Positions 8,064-18,515 of a stretch of 64,000 nt of DNA are shown piece by piece. The stretch comes from Bdellovibrionales bacterium (GTDB lineage Bacteria; Bdellovibrionota; Bdellovibrionia; Bdellovibrionales; JAUICD01). The position numbers and the translations under genes were made by a program. Every line of letters begins with the position of its first letter. The first letter of the stretch is position 1. The stretch is taken from assembly GCA_965262715.1 (NCBI GenBank), contig OZ253553.1, positions 512,001 through 576,000 of the forward strand, written 5' to 3'. The notes under the pieces were generated by a model. That model made no database searches and was not told the origin of the DNA. It worked only from the letters and a program-made list of their open reading frames with translations.

Positions 8064-10676
8064 TTACTGAAAGGACTTGAGGACAAAACGTAGAATGCCG
8101 CCACTTTGGTAGTATTTTAATTCATTTGGTGTATCGATACGGCAAATTGTTGAAATATTTTTTTGACCTTTTTGCTGATCTTCTAAAGATACACTGATTT
8201 TTTGACCACATTGCAGGTTGTTCAGATCTAAGATATTCACTGTTTCTTCTCCTGTAACAGCAATTTGATCTTGATCACCTGTGATTTGTAGAGGTAAAAC
8301 TCCCATTCCGATAAGGTTAGAGCGATGGATCCTCTCAAAGCTTTTAGCAATAACTGCTTTAACACCTAAAAGAAGAGTTCCTTTAGCTGCCCAATCTCTA
8401 GAAGATCCCATACCATAGTTTTTGCCTGCAAATACCACTAATGGGATATTGTCGTTTTTATATTTCATAGCTGCATCAAAGATGCTCATGATTTCATTTT
8501 TATATTTAGTAAAACCTCCTTCAAGGCCGCCGGCCATTTGATTGCGGAGCCTTATATTGCCGAAAGTTCCTCTCATCATTACTTCGTGGTTCCCTCGCCT
8601 GGAGCCAAAAGAGTTAAATTGTGCATTTATCACACCTACACTGTTTAAATGGCCTGCAGCAGGAGTGTTTGGGGCAATGGCCCCTGCAGGAGAGATATGA
8701 TCTGTGGTGATATTGTCTGGCAGGACAGCCAAAATCCTTGCATCTTTGATATCAGACGTTTCATCTTTAACATTATCTTCAAAAAATGGTGGTTTTTTGA
8801 TGTAGTTGCTATCTTTTTGCCACTGATAACAGATGGTTTCTGGTGTGTGCATCTCTTGCCATACTTTGGAACCTTCAAAAACATTTTTATATTTTTGTTG
8901 AAACATTTCAGGTGTTAAAAATTGTTTCAAAACGCTTTGAACTTCTTCATTTTTTGGCCAAATATCTTTAAGGTAAATAGGTTTTCCAGATGAGCTATGA
9001 CCTATAGGGCCTTTATAAAGATCGATTTTCATAGAGCCTGCAAGCGCATAGGCCACCACTAAACAAGGAGATGCTAAATAATTGCATTTGGTTTGAGGAT
9101 TAACCCGTCCCTCAAAGTTTCTATTACCTGAAAGCACAGAACAAACAGTGAGGTCTTCAGCTGTAATAGCCTCAGAGATACGAGGTGGTAGAGGGCCTGA
9201 GTTACCAATACAAGTGGTACAGCCATATCCTACCAAATGAAACCCACAAGTATCTAACTCTTTTTGCAGGCCTGATTCTGTGAGGTAGGCAGTGACCACT
9301 TGAGACCCAGGTGCCAGTGAAGTTTTCACCCAAGGCTTAACTTTTAATCCAAGAGCATTTGCCTTTTTAGCAAGAAGCCCTGCAGCAATCATTACAGGAG
9401 GATTAGACGTATTTGTACAGCTTGTAATGGCTGCAATCACAACATCACCATCAGAGAGTTTGCCATCTTTTTCTTGAACTGATGGTTTAGAAACCTGTTT
9501 TTTCTCTTGCAAAAAATTTTTAAAAGCGGATGCTGCCTGTTTTAAGTCAATGCGATCTTGTGGTCTAAAAGGTCCTGCAATGGAAGACACAATATCTGAA
9601 ATGTTCAATTCAAGATGTGTCGTAAATTCTGGTGAAGGCTCGTCTGGATTGTACCAAAGTCCTTGTTTTTGGGCATATATCTTTACAATTTCGACTTGTT
9701 TTACGCTGCGGCCTGTGAATTTTAAGTAATTAAGGGTTTCTTGATCAATAGGAAAAAAGCCACATGTTGCGCCATATTCTGGAGACATATTTGAGATGGT
9801 AGCTCTATCAGCTAAAGAAAGGTGCTTTAAGCCAGGTCCATAAAACTCTACAAATTTTCCAACTACGCCTAATTTTCTTAATTTTTCTGTAATATAGAGA
9901 ACAAGGTCAGTTGCTGTAGAACCTTCTTTTAAGCTTCCTGTTAAGTAAACTCCTACAACATCAGGGATCAAAATACTAATGGGTTGTCCTAAGATGGCAG
10001 CTTCAGCTTCAATGCCTCCAACTCCCCAGCCCAAAACAGAAAGTCCATTGATCATAGTGGTATGACTATCTGTACCTACGAGGGTGTCTGGATAAATAAG
10101 GTTATTTTCTGTCCAGATGACCTTAGCTAAATATTCCAAATTGACTTGATGACAAATACCTGTTCCTGGAGGGACGACACGGAAATTCTTAAAAGCTTTC
10201 TGTCCCCATTTTAAAAATTCATAACGCTCTTTATTACGTTCAAATTCTCTTTTGACATTAAAATCAAAAGCCTTAGGTGAAGCAAATTGGTCAACACTTA
10301 CAGAATGGTCAATCACTAAATCTACAGGGATCAAAGGATTAATTTTTTGAGGATCATTAGAAAGAGCTTCTCTCATGGCAGCTAAATCCACAATAGCTGG
10401 AACGCCCGTAAAATCCTGCATCAAAACCCGGCAAGGGTGATAAGAAATAGAATGCTTTACAGATTTGTTATCTACCCAAGAAGCCAGTGTCTTTATATCA
10501 TCAGTAGTGACCGTCTCACCATCTTCAAAGCGCAAGAGATTTTCTAGGAGTATTTTAAGGCTTTTAGGTAAAGAATTAATGTTTCCATACTTTTCTGCTT
10601 TTTTAAGACTGTAATAATCATAATGAGTATTTCCAATGAGCAGCTTATCTTTTGTATCTAATGTATTTTTTGACAT
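8064..10676 (-). CDS. acnA: Aconitate hydratase A
   Basis: RVLMQDFTGVP, GICHQVNLE, GTDSHT, AAITSCTNTSNP, GCTTCIGNSG, GSSRDWAAKG. Confidence 0.97.
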   Translation of the reverse strand: MSKNTLDTKDKLLIGNTHYDYYSLKKAEKYGNINSLPKSLKILLENLLRFEDGETVTTDDIKTLASWVDNKSVKHSISYHPCRVLMQDFTGVPAIVDLAAMREALSNDPQKINPLIPVDLVIDHSVSVDQFASPKAFDFNVKREFERNKERYEFLKWGQKAFKNFRVVPPGTGICHQVNLEYLAKVIWTENNLIYPDTLVGTDSHTTMINGLSVLGWGVGGIEAEAAILGQPISILIPDVVGVYLTGSLKEGSTATDLVLYITEKLRKLGVVGKFVEFYGPGLKHLSLADRATISNMSPEYGATCGFFPIDQETLNYLKFTGRSVKQVEIVKIYAQKQGLWYNPDEPSPEFTTHLELNISDIVSSIAGPFRPQDRIDLKQAASAFKNFLQEKKQVSKPSVQEKDGKLSDGDVVIAAITSCTNTSNPPVMIAAGLLAKKANALGLKVKPWVKTSLAPGSQVVTAYLTESGLQKELDTCGFHLVGYGCTTCIGNSGPLPPRISEAITAEDLTVCSVLSGNRNFEGRVNPQTKCNYLASPCLVVAYALAGSMKIDLYKGPIGHSSSGKPIYLKDIWPKNEEVQSVLKQFLTPEMFQQKYKNVFEGSKVWQEMHTPETICYQWQKDSNYIKKPPFFEDNVKDETSDIKDARILAVLPDNITTDHISPAGAIAPNTPAAGHLNSVGVINAQFNSFGSRRGNHEVMMRGTFGNIRLRNQMAGGLEGGFTKYKNEIMSIFDAAMKYKNDNIPLVVFAGKNYGMGSSRDWAAKGTLLLGVKAVIAKSFERIHRSNLIGMGVLPLQITGDQDQIAVTGEETVNILDLNNLQCGQKISVSLEDQQKGQKNISTICRIDTPNELKYYQSGGILRFVLKSFQ

Positions 10677-10923
10677 TTTTTATTTATCCTTTTTTCATTA
10701 TTAGCACTTTTTATATTAAGTAGAGAAGCAGCCTTAAATTAAGGAAATAATAACTCTTTTACAATCTTGCTATAAAATTTGCTAATGACTCTATCCATTA
10801 AGCTTTTTGCATTAAAATATTTTTTTATTGCATATTTCTTTTGTAGACATTAAGAGGTTATACATAACATTAAGTTGAAGTCATTCAAAAAATTAAACTT
10901 TCTCTATTGAAGGAGGGTGTATT

Positions 10924-12126
10924 ATGAGGGTTTTTTCTTTATTTGTAGCTTTTGTCTTTTCGGCGGCTGGAATATCTGCTTTTGCGGCAACAGATGCGAT
11001 AAGTACAGATGATGATATAAATGTAGTAGCGGTAAGTGATGGCAACACCTCTGTCATTTCTAATGAAATATCTGAACGTGATTTGTCTTCTAATATTTCT
11101 CTAGATGACAGCTTAAATACTGAAGATAAAGATGAAGGAGATGATAAGGAAGATAGTAAAGGAGAGGACAAACTTAGTTATATGTTTGCAGAAGTAGATG
11201 TTGAAAATGCTAAAGGCGAGCAGGCAGAAGGTGGTGATCAAGCAGTAGATGCAGGTCAAGTAACAACAGAAGAAGCAAATTCAGAGGCAGCTCCTCAGCA
11301 AGAGGAAGAAGTTGTAGCTGATGACAAGCCCTCAAGATGGAGTCTATACGTTGAGTTTTGGGAGGAAGATAAGTTTGATAAAGGAAGCTTGGAAACTTAT
11401 GCGACTATACGTCCTCAGTATCAGCTAACAGATAAATTAAGATTAGGATTCTCTTTTGAAAGCACTGTACAATGGGCTGCATTTGGTAATAAGAAGACTA
11501 CCGAATATAAAATGGGTGACCATTACTTGATGTTAGGTACTTCCACGGCTTTAGGACCTTTTGACTTATATGGTTATATGAGGATTTATTTGCCCACATC
11601 CGAAACGACTATGGCTATAGGCCGGATAGCTCGTGTGCGTATAAAACCTTATTTAACATTTCCTGTATCTAGAAATGTCAAGTTTGCATTCAGGCTAGAA
11701 ACTAATTACTTCCAGCACACTGTAGATTCTTTTAGAAATGCAGAGGCTGACACTAATTGTAACAGTGCTCAATATTGTTCTGATGTTAATGAACAATGGA
11801 GAATAGAGCCTCTGGCTGGTTTTTTAGGTAAAATCTATGGCCCTTTCTCTTTTGAAAGTATACATGGTTTTCGATTTCATTCCTATTTTGAAAACAACAC
11901 TGTTGATACTAAAAATCAGAAAAAAGGCCATGAAGTTAAGTGGTATAATGAATCAGGTGTTACGTGGGATGTTAACATAGGTGGTGTACCTGTCACCTTT
12001 TTGGCTGGTTTTTATGACCATCGTGCAACAGGAGGTTCTTTCTTAAAGAGATTACCTATTGTTTCTTATTTTACAGGGCCTCATGAAGAATCTTATTGGG
12101 TATTTTCCATTTGGGCTTCTATTTAA
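10924..12126 (+). CDS. Secreted, probable outer-membrane beta-barrel protein with acidic N-terminal region
   Basis: Signal peptide, D/E-rich ~110-aa segment, then amphipathic aromatic strands ending YWVFSIWASI. Confidence 0.55.
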   Translation: MRVFSLFVAFVFSAAGISAFAATDAISTDDDINVVAVSDGNTSVISNEISERDLSSNISLDDSLNTEDKDEGDDKEDSKGEDKLSYMFAEVDVENAKGEQAEGGDQAVDAGQVTTEEANSEAAPQQEEEVVADDKPSRWSLYVEFWEEDKFDKGSLETYATIRPQYQLTDKLRLGFSFESTVQWAAFGNKKTTEYKMGDHYLMLGTSTALGPFDLYGYMRIYLPTSETTMAIGRIARVRIKPYLTFPVSRNVKFAFRLETNYFQHTVDSFRNAEADTNCNSAQYCSDVNEQWRIEPLAGFLGKIYGPFSFESIHGFRFHSYFENNTVDTKNQKKGHEVKWYNESGVTWDVNIGGVPVTFLAGFYDHRATGGSFLKRLPIVSYFTGPHEESYWVFSIWASI

Positions 12127-12152
12127 TTAGTTAATGTCTGACTTAAAAAATC

Positions 12153-12195
12153 AATAAAACTGTGTGTATAGCAGGTGCTATACACACAGTTTATT
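12153..12195. terminator. Bidirectional intrinsic terminator
   Basis: aaactgtgtgtatagca-gg-tgctatacacacagttt hairpin between convergent genes. Confidence 0.75.
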
Positions 12196-12927
12196 TTAAG
12201 CTAAAGAAGAATTAGTTTTTAAGTACTGAAGCTCTTCTATAAACTGCTTTCGTATTTTTTCTTTAAGTTCATGTCGATCCTTGATATCTTTGCCTTTAGT
12301 AGAAAGAGCTGGCAGAATAGAGATTTTGACTTGAGGTGATTTGAGGTTTAATAATAAACTTTTTTTAGGAAGAATACCTGTATTTCCATAAATCAGAACG
12401 GGCAATAATGGAGCTTGTGCTTGAATAGCAAAAGCAAATGGCCCACTTTTAAACTCCCTAATGTTTAAAGTATCAGATCGGCCTCCTTCAGGAGACAGCG
12501 CAATACTTTTTCCGCTGTGTACTTTTGAAATAGATTCGAGGTAGATTTTTTGTGTTTTTTTAGCATTACCTCGTGTGATGGGCAGTGTGCCTATTTTTCG
12601 CATAAAAGAAGAAAAAACTGGAATGCGAAATAGTTCTATTTTTGCGCCAAAACGTAAAGAAATATGAGATCCTAGATAAGCTTGAAGGACTAAGATATCT
12701 AACAGGCTAGTGTGATTAAATAGAAGTATATTGCCTTGATGTGGTATATTCTTTTCTCCTGTAAGGGTGACAGAAATACCACAGTTTTTTAGGGCTTTCA
12801 TGGACCAATATTGCAAAAACTTATCTAATTTTATGGGTTTAAGATAGATAAAATAAAAAGATAGGAAGCAACCAATAACTATCCATATAAATGAGTATCC
12901 TGTAAAAAAAACATTTCTAAACTTCAT
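12196..12927 (-). CDS. plsC: 1-acyl-sn-glycerol-3-phosphate (lysophospholipid) acyltransferase
   Basis: NHTSLLD (HX4D), AKIELF, PEGGRS, FKSGPF motifs. Confidence 0.85.
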   Translation of the reverse strand: MKFRNVFFTGYSFIWIVIGCFLSFYFIYLKPIKLDKFLQYWSMKALKNCGISVTLTGEKNIPHQGNILLFNHTSLLDILVLQAYLGSHISLRFGAKIELFRIPVFSSFMRKIGTLPITRGNAKKTQKIYLESISKVHSGKSIALSPEGGRSDTLNIREFKSGPFAFAIQAQAPLLPVLIYGNTGILPKKSLLLNLKSPQVKISILPALSTKGKDIKDRHELKEKIRKQFIEELQYLKTNSSLA

Positions 12928-12995
12928 TATTCCTTCTCAAAAATAAATAAACTTTTATCTATGGACTGGTTACCTTTTTAATAAGTTCTTGAAAC

Positions 12996-13154
12996 TAAAA
13001 GTTTAAGGTAGGCTTCTTTCATAGGCAGCAGGCATCCCCCGTGCCTTGTATTACTGTCACTTTGTGATTTATTATAGAATAAAATATTTTATACAAGCCT
13101 TGCATCCTAAGGCACTGGCCTAGGCCTATTTCAGAAACCTACCTTAAACTTTTA
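12996..13154. repeat. R2 family long imperfect hairpin repeat
   Basis: taaaagtttaaggtaggcttct...agaaacctaccttaaactttta arms, gtgcctt/aaggcac stem, central ttttattatagaataaaa; homologues at 44158 and 54750. Confidence 0.75.
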
Positions 13155-13212
13155 ATCCTAAGTTTTTTATCATTGACTTGTCCAAGATAGCCTTTCAAAA
13201 GGTAATCAGTCC

Positions 13213-15279
13213 CTAATGAAGTTCTAAATCTAAAAGCTCTAAATGTTTGATTTTATCTCTTAAGCGGGCTGCTTCTTCAAATTCTAAATTTTTAGAGGCT
13301 TTCTTCATTTGAGTTTTCATCTCCTTAATATCTTTTGAAATCTGAGAAGGTTGGGTCTTGTATTCTTCATAGAGTTTTGTTGGTATATCCACAGAATCTG
13401 TAAGAGGAAAATCTTTTTGACTATGAACCTCTATTAAACCTGCTGCAATATTTTTCTGTATGGTTTGAGGGGTGATATTGTGTTTTATATTATAATCTTC
13501 TTGAAGCTTGCGTCTCCTATTTGTTTCTTTTATAGATTTTTTTATAGAATCTGTTTTAATATCAGCGTATAAAATGACTTGCCCATTTACATTTCTGGCA
13601 GCTCGTCCCATAGTTTGTATTAAAGCCTGAGCCGACCTTAAAAAACCTTCCTTATCTGCATCTAAAACGGCAACTAAGCTGACTTCAGGCAGATCAAGTC
13701 CTTCTCTTAAAAGATTGATGCCAACGAGAACATCAAAAACTCCTAACCTTAAATCTCTTAGAATTTCTGTTCTTTCTACTGTCTTGATGTCACTGTGCAG
13801 GTATTTTACTTTTAAGCCAATGTTTTGATAATGTTCACTTAAGTCTTCTGCGCTTTTTTTCGTTAAAGTAGTGACAAGAACTCTTTCTTTTCTTCGAGTA
13901 ACTTTTTTGATCTCAGATAAAAGATCATCTACTTGATGTTTAGCAGGCTTTATTCTTACAATAGGATCTAACAGTCCTGTTGGTCGAATGATCTGTTCTA
14001 CAACACATCCTAAAGATTTTTGAAACTCATAATCCCCAGGAGTAGCCGATACATAAAGAGTCTTATGTAAGAAGTTATTAAATTCGTCAAAGTTTAAAGG
14101 ACGGTTATCTAAAGCTGAAGGCAGTCTAAAACCGTGTTCTACAAGATTGGTTTTACGAGACCGATCCCCGTGAGACATAGCTCTTAACTGAGGTAAAGTC
14201 ATGTGGCTTTCATCCACAATACATAAAAAATTCTTTGGAAAGTATTCAAGCAGTGTTGGAGGATGTTCACCTGGTTTTCGTCCTGTAAAATGTCTGGAGT
14301 AGTTTTCTATACCATGGCAAAAACCCATCTCTTGAATCATCTCAATGTCATAATAAGTTCTTTGTTCTAATCTTTGAGCTTCTAATAACCTCATATTGTT
14401 TTTTAAATTTTGCAATCGCTGTTGCAACTCCTCTTGTATAGAAACAATAGCTTTTTTTGTTATCTCTTCTGTATTGACATGATGGCTTCCTGGGTAGATA
14501 TGGATAATATCCATCTTCGAAAGAGTTGTTCCTCTTATTGGGTCTATCCATGATATCTGCTCAATATAATTTCCAAAAAACTCTACTCTGATGGCACGAT
14601 CTTCTTCATAGGGAGGGTGAATATCTACCACATCTCCTTTGACGCGAAAAGTCCCTCTGTGGAAGTCAATGTCATTTCTGTCATATAAGATACGAACAAG
14701 CTCCTTTAAAAAAGTATCCCTATTTAGCTTTTCATTGACTTTGATAGAGACTTTCATTGTTTGATAGGCCTCAGGAGATCCAAGTCCATAAATACAGGAA
14801 ACACTGCTGACAATAACAACATCTTTATGTTCAAAGAGAGAATGGGTCGCAGAGTGTCTCATTCTGTCGATTTGATCATTGATTGAAGAGTCTTTTTCTA
14901 TAAAAGTATCACTGGCAGGTAAGTAAGCTTCAGGTTGATAGTAATCATAATAACTTACAAAGTATTCAACAGCGCTACGTGGAAAGAGAGATTTAAATTC
15001 AGTAAAGAGTTGGGCAGCTAGAGTCTTATTATGAGCTAAAATCAATGTAGGTAATTTTAATTTCTGTATGACATGTGCCATAGTGAAAGTTTTTCCAGAG
15101 CCTGTAACTCCTAGTAAGGTTTGGTGATCTAATTCTTTAAAACTTTGAATAAGAGAATCTATGGCTTGAGGTTGATCTCCTGCAGGTGAATAATCAGCTA
15201 CAATTTGAAAAGCTGACTTTGTGCTTTGAGGATTTTTGACTTTATCTCTTAATCCGTTTTGTATTTTTTGATGGTCCAT
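13213..15279 (-). CDS. uvrB: Excinuclease ABC subunit B
   Basis: [47 protein letters not shown]-terminal UVR domain. Confidence 0.98.
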   Translation of the reverse strand: MDHQKIQNGLRDKVKNPQSTKSAFQIVADYSPAGDQPQAIDSLIQSFKELDHQTLLGVTGSGKTFTMAHVIQKLKLPTLILAHNKTLAAQLFTEFKSLFPRSAVEYFVSYYDYYQPEAYLPASDTFIEKDSSINDQIDRMRHSATHSLFEHKDVVIVSSVSCIYGLGSPEAYQTMKVSIKVNEKLNRDTFLKELVRILYDRNDIDFHRGTFRVKGDVVDIHPPYEEDRAIRVEFFGNYIEQISWIDPIRGTTLSKMDIIHIYPGSHHVNTEEITKKAIVSIQEELQQRLQNLKNNMRLLEAQRLEQRTYYDIEMIQEMGFCHGIENYSRHFTGRKPGEHPPTLLEYFPKNFLCIVDESHMTLPQLRAMSHGDRSRKTNLVEHGFRLPSALDNRPLNFDEFNNFLHKTLYVSATPGDYEFQKSLGCVVEQIIRPTGLLDPIVRIKPAKHQVDDLLSEIKKVTRRKERVLVTTLTKKSAEDLSEHYQNIGLKVKYLHSDIKTVERTEILRDLRLGVFDVLVGINLLREGLDLPEVSLVAVLDADKEGFLRSAQALIQTMGRAARNVNGQVILYADIKTDSIKKSIKETNRRRKLQEDYNIKHNITPQTIQKNIAAGLIEVHSQKDFPLTDSVDIPTKLYEEYKTQPSQISKDIKEMKTQMKKASKNLEFEEAARLRDKIKHLELLDLELH

Positions 15280-16745
15280 GTTGTTTCACTTATTTGTTTG
15301 TTACCTTCTTTTGAAGTTTCTTTTTTTGCATCGTATATTTCTATACCTTTTTGTAAAAGTATATCTCTAATCTTATCACTCTTTTGATAATCTTTATTTA
15401 AGCGAGCCTCATCTCTCTCTTTGATCATTTGATCAATATCTTCCCTTTTGATGTTTTGTTTGGCTAGTGATATATCTTCTAGTTTTCTTAAAAAGGTATC
15501 AGGATCTTCTTGAAAGAGAGCTAAAAGAGCTCCTTGCTTTTTAATAAACGATTGAAAAGTTTTTGCAGCTTCAGAAAGTTGCTTTAAATGGTCACTATCT
15601 TGAGAAAGAGCATTAAAAGCTCTTATGACTTCAAAGATATGCGCAAACATTTGAGGAGTGTTAAAATCATCATTAAGAGCTTCTGTGATTTTATCTTGGG
15701 TTGTATTTATGAGTGTTACAAATTCTTTAGGTGGGCTTTGAGAGAGGTGGCTTTGGGTTTTACCAGCAAAAGATAGTGCTGAGTAGATGCGCATAAGTCC
15801 CATAATAGCATTTTGTATTTGATCTTCTGAAAACATAGAAGGAGAACGGTAATGGCTGATTAACATCATATATTTTAAAATTTCAGGGTGATGGTTTTGA
15901 AGAAAGTCACGGGTAGATATGATATTTCCTAAAGATTTTGACATTTTTTCTGATCCAAATTGGATCAAGTGGTGGTGCATCCAGTATTTTACAAATGTTT
16001 TTTCTGATGATCCTTCACTCTGAGCAACTTCGTTTTCATGATGTGGAAAGATAAGGTCCATTCCTCCTCCATGGATATCAATTGTTTCACCCAGCAGTTT
16101 ACAGCTCATCACAGAACACTCAATGTGCCAACCAGGTCGACCTCTTCCCCAAGGAGAGTTCCAACCAGGAATATCCTCTTTACTGGGTTTCCAGAGGGTA
16201 AAGTCCAGTGGGTTTTGTTTTTGATCATTGATTTCTATTCTAGCTCCAGCTTGCAGCTCTCCCACATCCTTTCCAGAAAGTTTGCCATATTCTAAGAAGT
16301 TCTTAATGCAATAAAAAACCTCTCCGCTAGTAGTTATATAGGCTCGCTTCTTTTCTATCAGCTTTTGTATCATGGCAATCATGTCTTCTATGTGATCAGT
16401 AGCCCTTGGATTATGTGTGTGTGGTTTTAGACCTAAAGATTTATAGTCTTTTTCAAATTCATAAATATATTTTTCAGCTATATCTTTAGTAGGTAAAGAT
16501 TCTTTTTGGGCTTTGTTGATGATTTTATCATCAATATCTGTATAATTATAAACATAAGTGACTTGATAATTGAGATGTTCTAACCAGTTTCTCACTAAGT
16601 TAAAAAAAATAGCTCCACGAAAATTGCCTATGTGTAAAAAATCATAAACAGTTGGACCACAAACGTACATGCGAACTTTATTACTTTCGATAGGCTTAAA
16701 TCGAACTTTTTTTTTGCTGAGTGTATTGTAAATGTTAAGAGACAT
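15249..16745 (-). CDS. cysS: Cysteine--tRNA ligase (31-bp overlap with uvrB)
   Basis: [41 protein letters not shown]. Confidence 0.98.
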   Translation of the reverse strand: MSLNIYNTLSKKKVRFKPIESNKVRMYVCGPTVYDFLHIGNFRGAIFFNLVRNWLEHLNYQVTYVYNYTDIDDKIINKAQKESLPTKDIAEKYIYEFEKDYKSLGLKPHTHNPRATDHIEDMIAMIQKLIEKKRAYITTSGEVFYCIKNFLEYGKLSGKDVGELQAGARIEINDQKQNPLDFTLWKPSKEDIPGWNSPWGRGRPGWHIECSVMSCKLLGETIDIHGGGMDLIFPHHENEVAQSEGSSEKTFVKYWMHHHLIQFGSEKMSKSLGNIISTRDFLQNHHPEILKYMMLISHYRSPSMFSEDQIQNAIMGLMRIYSALSFAGKTQSHLSQSPPKEFVTLINTTQDKITEALNDDFNTPQMFAHIFEVIRAFNALSQDSDHLKQLSEAAKTFQSFIKKQGALLALFQEDPDTFLRKLEDISLAKQNIKREDIDQMIKERDEARLNKDYQKSDKIRDILLQKGIEIYDAKKETSKEGNKQISETTWTIKKYKTD

Positions 16746-16771
16746 ATAATAGGGGTTCGAACCTTATAAAG

Positions 16772-17176
16772 TTATCGTTTAGAATATTGAAACCTTCTTC
16801 TGGCACCTCTCAATCCATATTTCTTTCTTTCCACCATACGTGAGTCTCTTGTTAGTAACCCTTCTTTTTTGAGAACTGGACGCAACTCCTGATTAAAAGC
16901 CAGTAAAGCGCGGGCAATACCATGCCTGATAGCTCCAGCTTGTCCTGATTCGCCTCCACCTTTTACAGTGATTTTTAGGTCAACTGAGGTGTTGACTTGG
17001 GATTTAATAAGAACGAGGGGTTGGTTGATAATGGCTCTAGACGCTATTTTTTTTAAGTATAAAGTAGGCTTTTTCCCATTGATAGTCACTTGTCCAGAGC
17101 CCGATTTTAAAAAAACACGTGCTGCACTGGTTTTTCTCCGACCTGTAGCATAATAAACTTTTTGGGCTTGTGCCAT
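16772..17176 (-). CDS. rpsI: 30S ribosomal protein S9
   Basis: TGRRKTS, GGGESGQAGAIRHG, ERKKYG...QYSKR. Confidence 0.98.
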   Translation of the reverse strand: MAQAQKVYYATGRRKTSAARVFLKSGSGQVTINGKKPTLYLKKIASRAIINQPLVLIKSQVNTSVDLKITVKGGGESGQAGAIRHGIARALLAFNQELRPVLKKEGLLTRDSRMVERKKYGLRGARRRFQYSKR

Positions 17177-17225
17177 AATATCTCCTTTAATACTCGCCTA
17201 CATGTAGGCATCAATGAAATTGCTG

Positions 17226-17684
17226 TTACGAAGGAAGAACAAGAACCTCTGGTCTTTGCGCTTGATGAGGATGTGCTGGACCTCCATAAAGTTTAAGCTT
17301 TTTTAATATTTTTTGAGCAAGCTTGTTTTTAGGTAACATACCTTGTACAGCTTTATAAAGAACTTTTTCAGGTTTAGAAGAGTTTAAGATTTTTTCAGCT
17401 GTTTTTTGCTTTAATGATCCGATAAAGCGAGAGCGAGTGTAATATAACTTTTCACTTGGCTTTTGGCCTGTTAAATGAACCTGTGCAGCATTAATGACAA
17501 TGACAAAGTCTCCCATATCTGTATGAGGGGTAAATAGGGGCTTGTTTTTACCCCTTAAAATGGTAGCAATTTGAGTGGCCATACGCCCTACTTTTTGGTC
17601 TTTACCATCTATCAACCACCACTTTTCTGCTTGATCCACATAGCCTCTATGGCCTTTTTGGTTTGTAAAAGATTGTGTCTGCAT
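17226..17684 (-). CDS. rplM: 50S ribosomal protein L13
   Basis: WWLIDG, LRGKNKP.FTPH.D.GD, GMLPKN, HPHQAQ.P; upstream of rpsI. Confidence 0.97.
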   Translation of the reverse strand: MQTQSFTNQKGHRGYVDQAEKWWLIDGKDQKVGRMATQIATILRGKNKPLFTPHTDMGDFVIVINAAQVHLTGQKPSEKLYYTRSRFIGSLKQKTAEKILNSSKPEKVLYKAVQGMLPKNKLAQKILKKLKLYGGPAHPHQAQRPEVLVLPS

Positions 17685-17807
17685 AGGTCAATTACCCTTA
17701 TAATTGTTATATTTATATATTTTAGAGCATTAAACTATGTTATTCAAGCCTCTTTTGTCAAACCTTTTACTCAGGTTTGTTTCATTCAAATAAAATAAGC
17801 GTTTAGC

Positions 17808-18320
17808 TAAGGGCTGTTTCAGTAAAAGTGCATCTCGCCTCTGGCGACTTTTTGGCAGTAAGCCTGGCGGTTAGAACCGTCGGCAAATAGCTTACTGCCT
17901 AGAAAGGCTAATGCATTTTAGTAGGGAGGATCTTCTTGTTTCTTAACACAATGTTAGGGAAATTTTATTCTTGCCATCGGATCAGTACCTAGATTTATTT
18001 CATGGACAATCCTCAAAGAGGCTCACCTCGAGAGGCTCACCTCGAGAGGCTTGTCTTCTATTCATTTTGAGTAAAACAGAATGAAGGAAATTTTCTTTAA
18101 CATGATGTAAAAGAATGAAGATATTCTCCTTACTTAAAATAAATGGATTTTTGAGGCAGTCAGCATTTTGTTGACGGGGATACATCCCGTAGTGTTAACC
18201 GTCAAGTTGGCTGCCCAAAAACAACCAGAGGTTGATTTATTTTGAGTGAAATAAATTAAATACAAAACTGGTATCTTTTTTAAAACTTTTCTCTCTAGGA
18301 GCATTTTTGAGATGGCTTTT
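17808..18320. repeat. Composite R1 element (two oppositely oriented hairpin modules plus a terminus)
   Basis: Hairpins at ~17814-17960 (+) and ~18085-18250 (-); 17867-18074 is a near-identical inverted copy of ~46430-46625; ends atttttgagatggctttt. Confidence 0.8.
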
Positions 18321-18515
18321 ATTATATTTTTTGATAATAATAAAAATTACTTAGCTATTAATGACTTAAAAAGCATAGATAAACTTTAAAGGAGCTTTGG
18401 AACGACTGATTTAAGTGTGTAAATAATTCATAGTTTGTGATATATAACTATTTCTTTTTTACATACAAGTTGTTTGCTATTGATAATTTGGTTGAATTTT
18501 GATATAAGACCGGAC

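Noticed and set aside
12996..13154. R1/R2 hairpins as integron attC sites or 6S RNA
   Set aside because: No consistent RYYYAAC/GTTRRRY boxes, no integrase in the window, and multiple dispersed copies argue against a single-copy housekeeping RNA.
18000..18185. Short ORFs in repeats (18000-18185, 43980-44318, 50719-50937)
   Set aside because: They are translations of R1/R2/R3 repeat DNA; only the last ~15 codons of 50719-50937 look like a toxin remnant.
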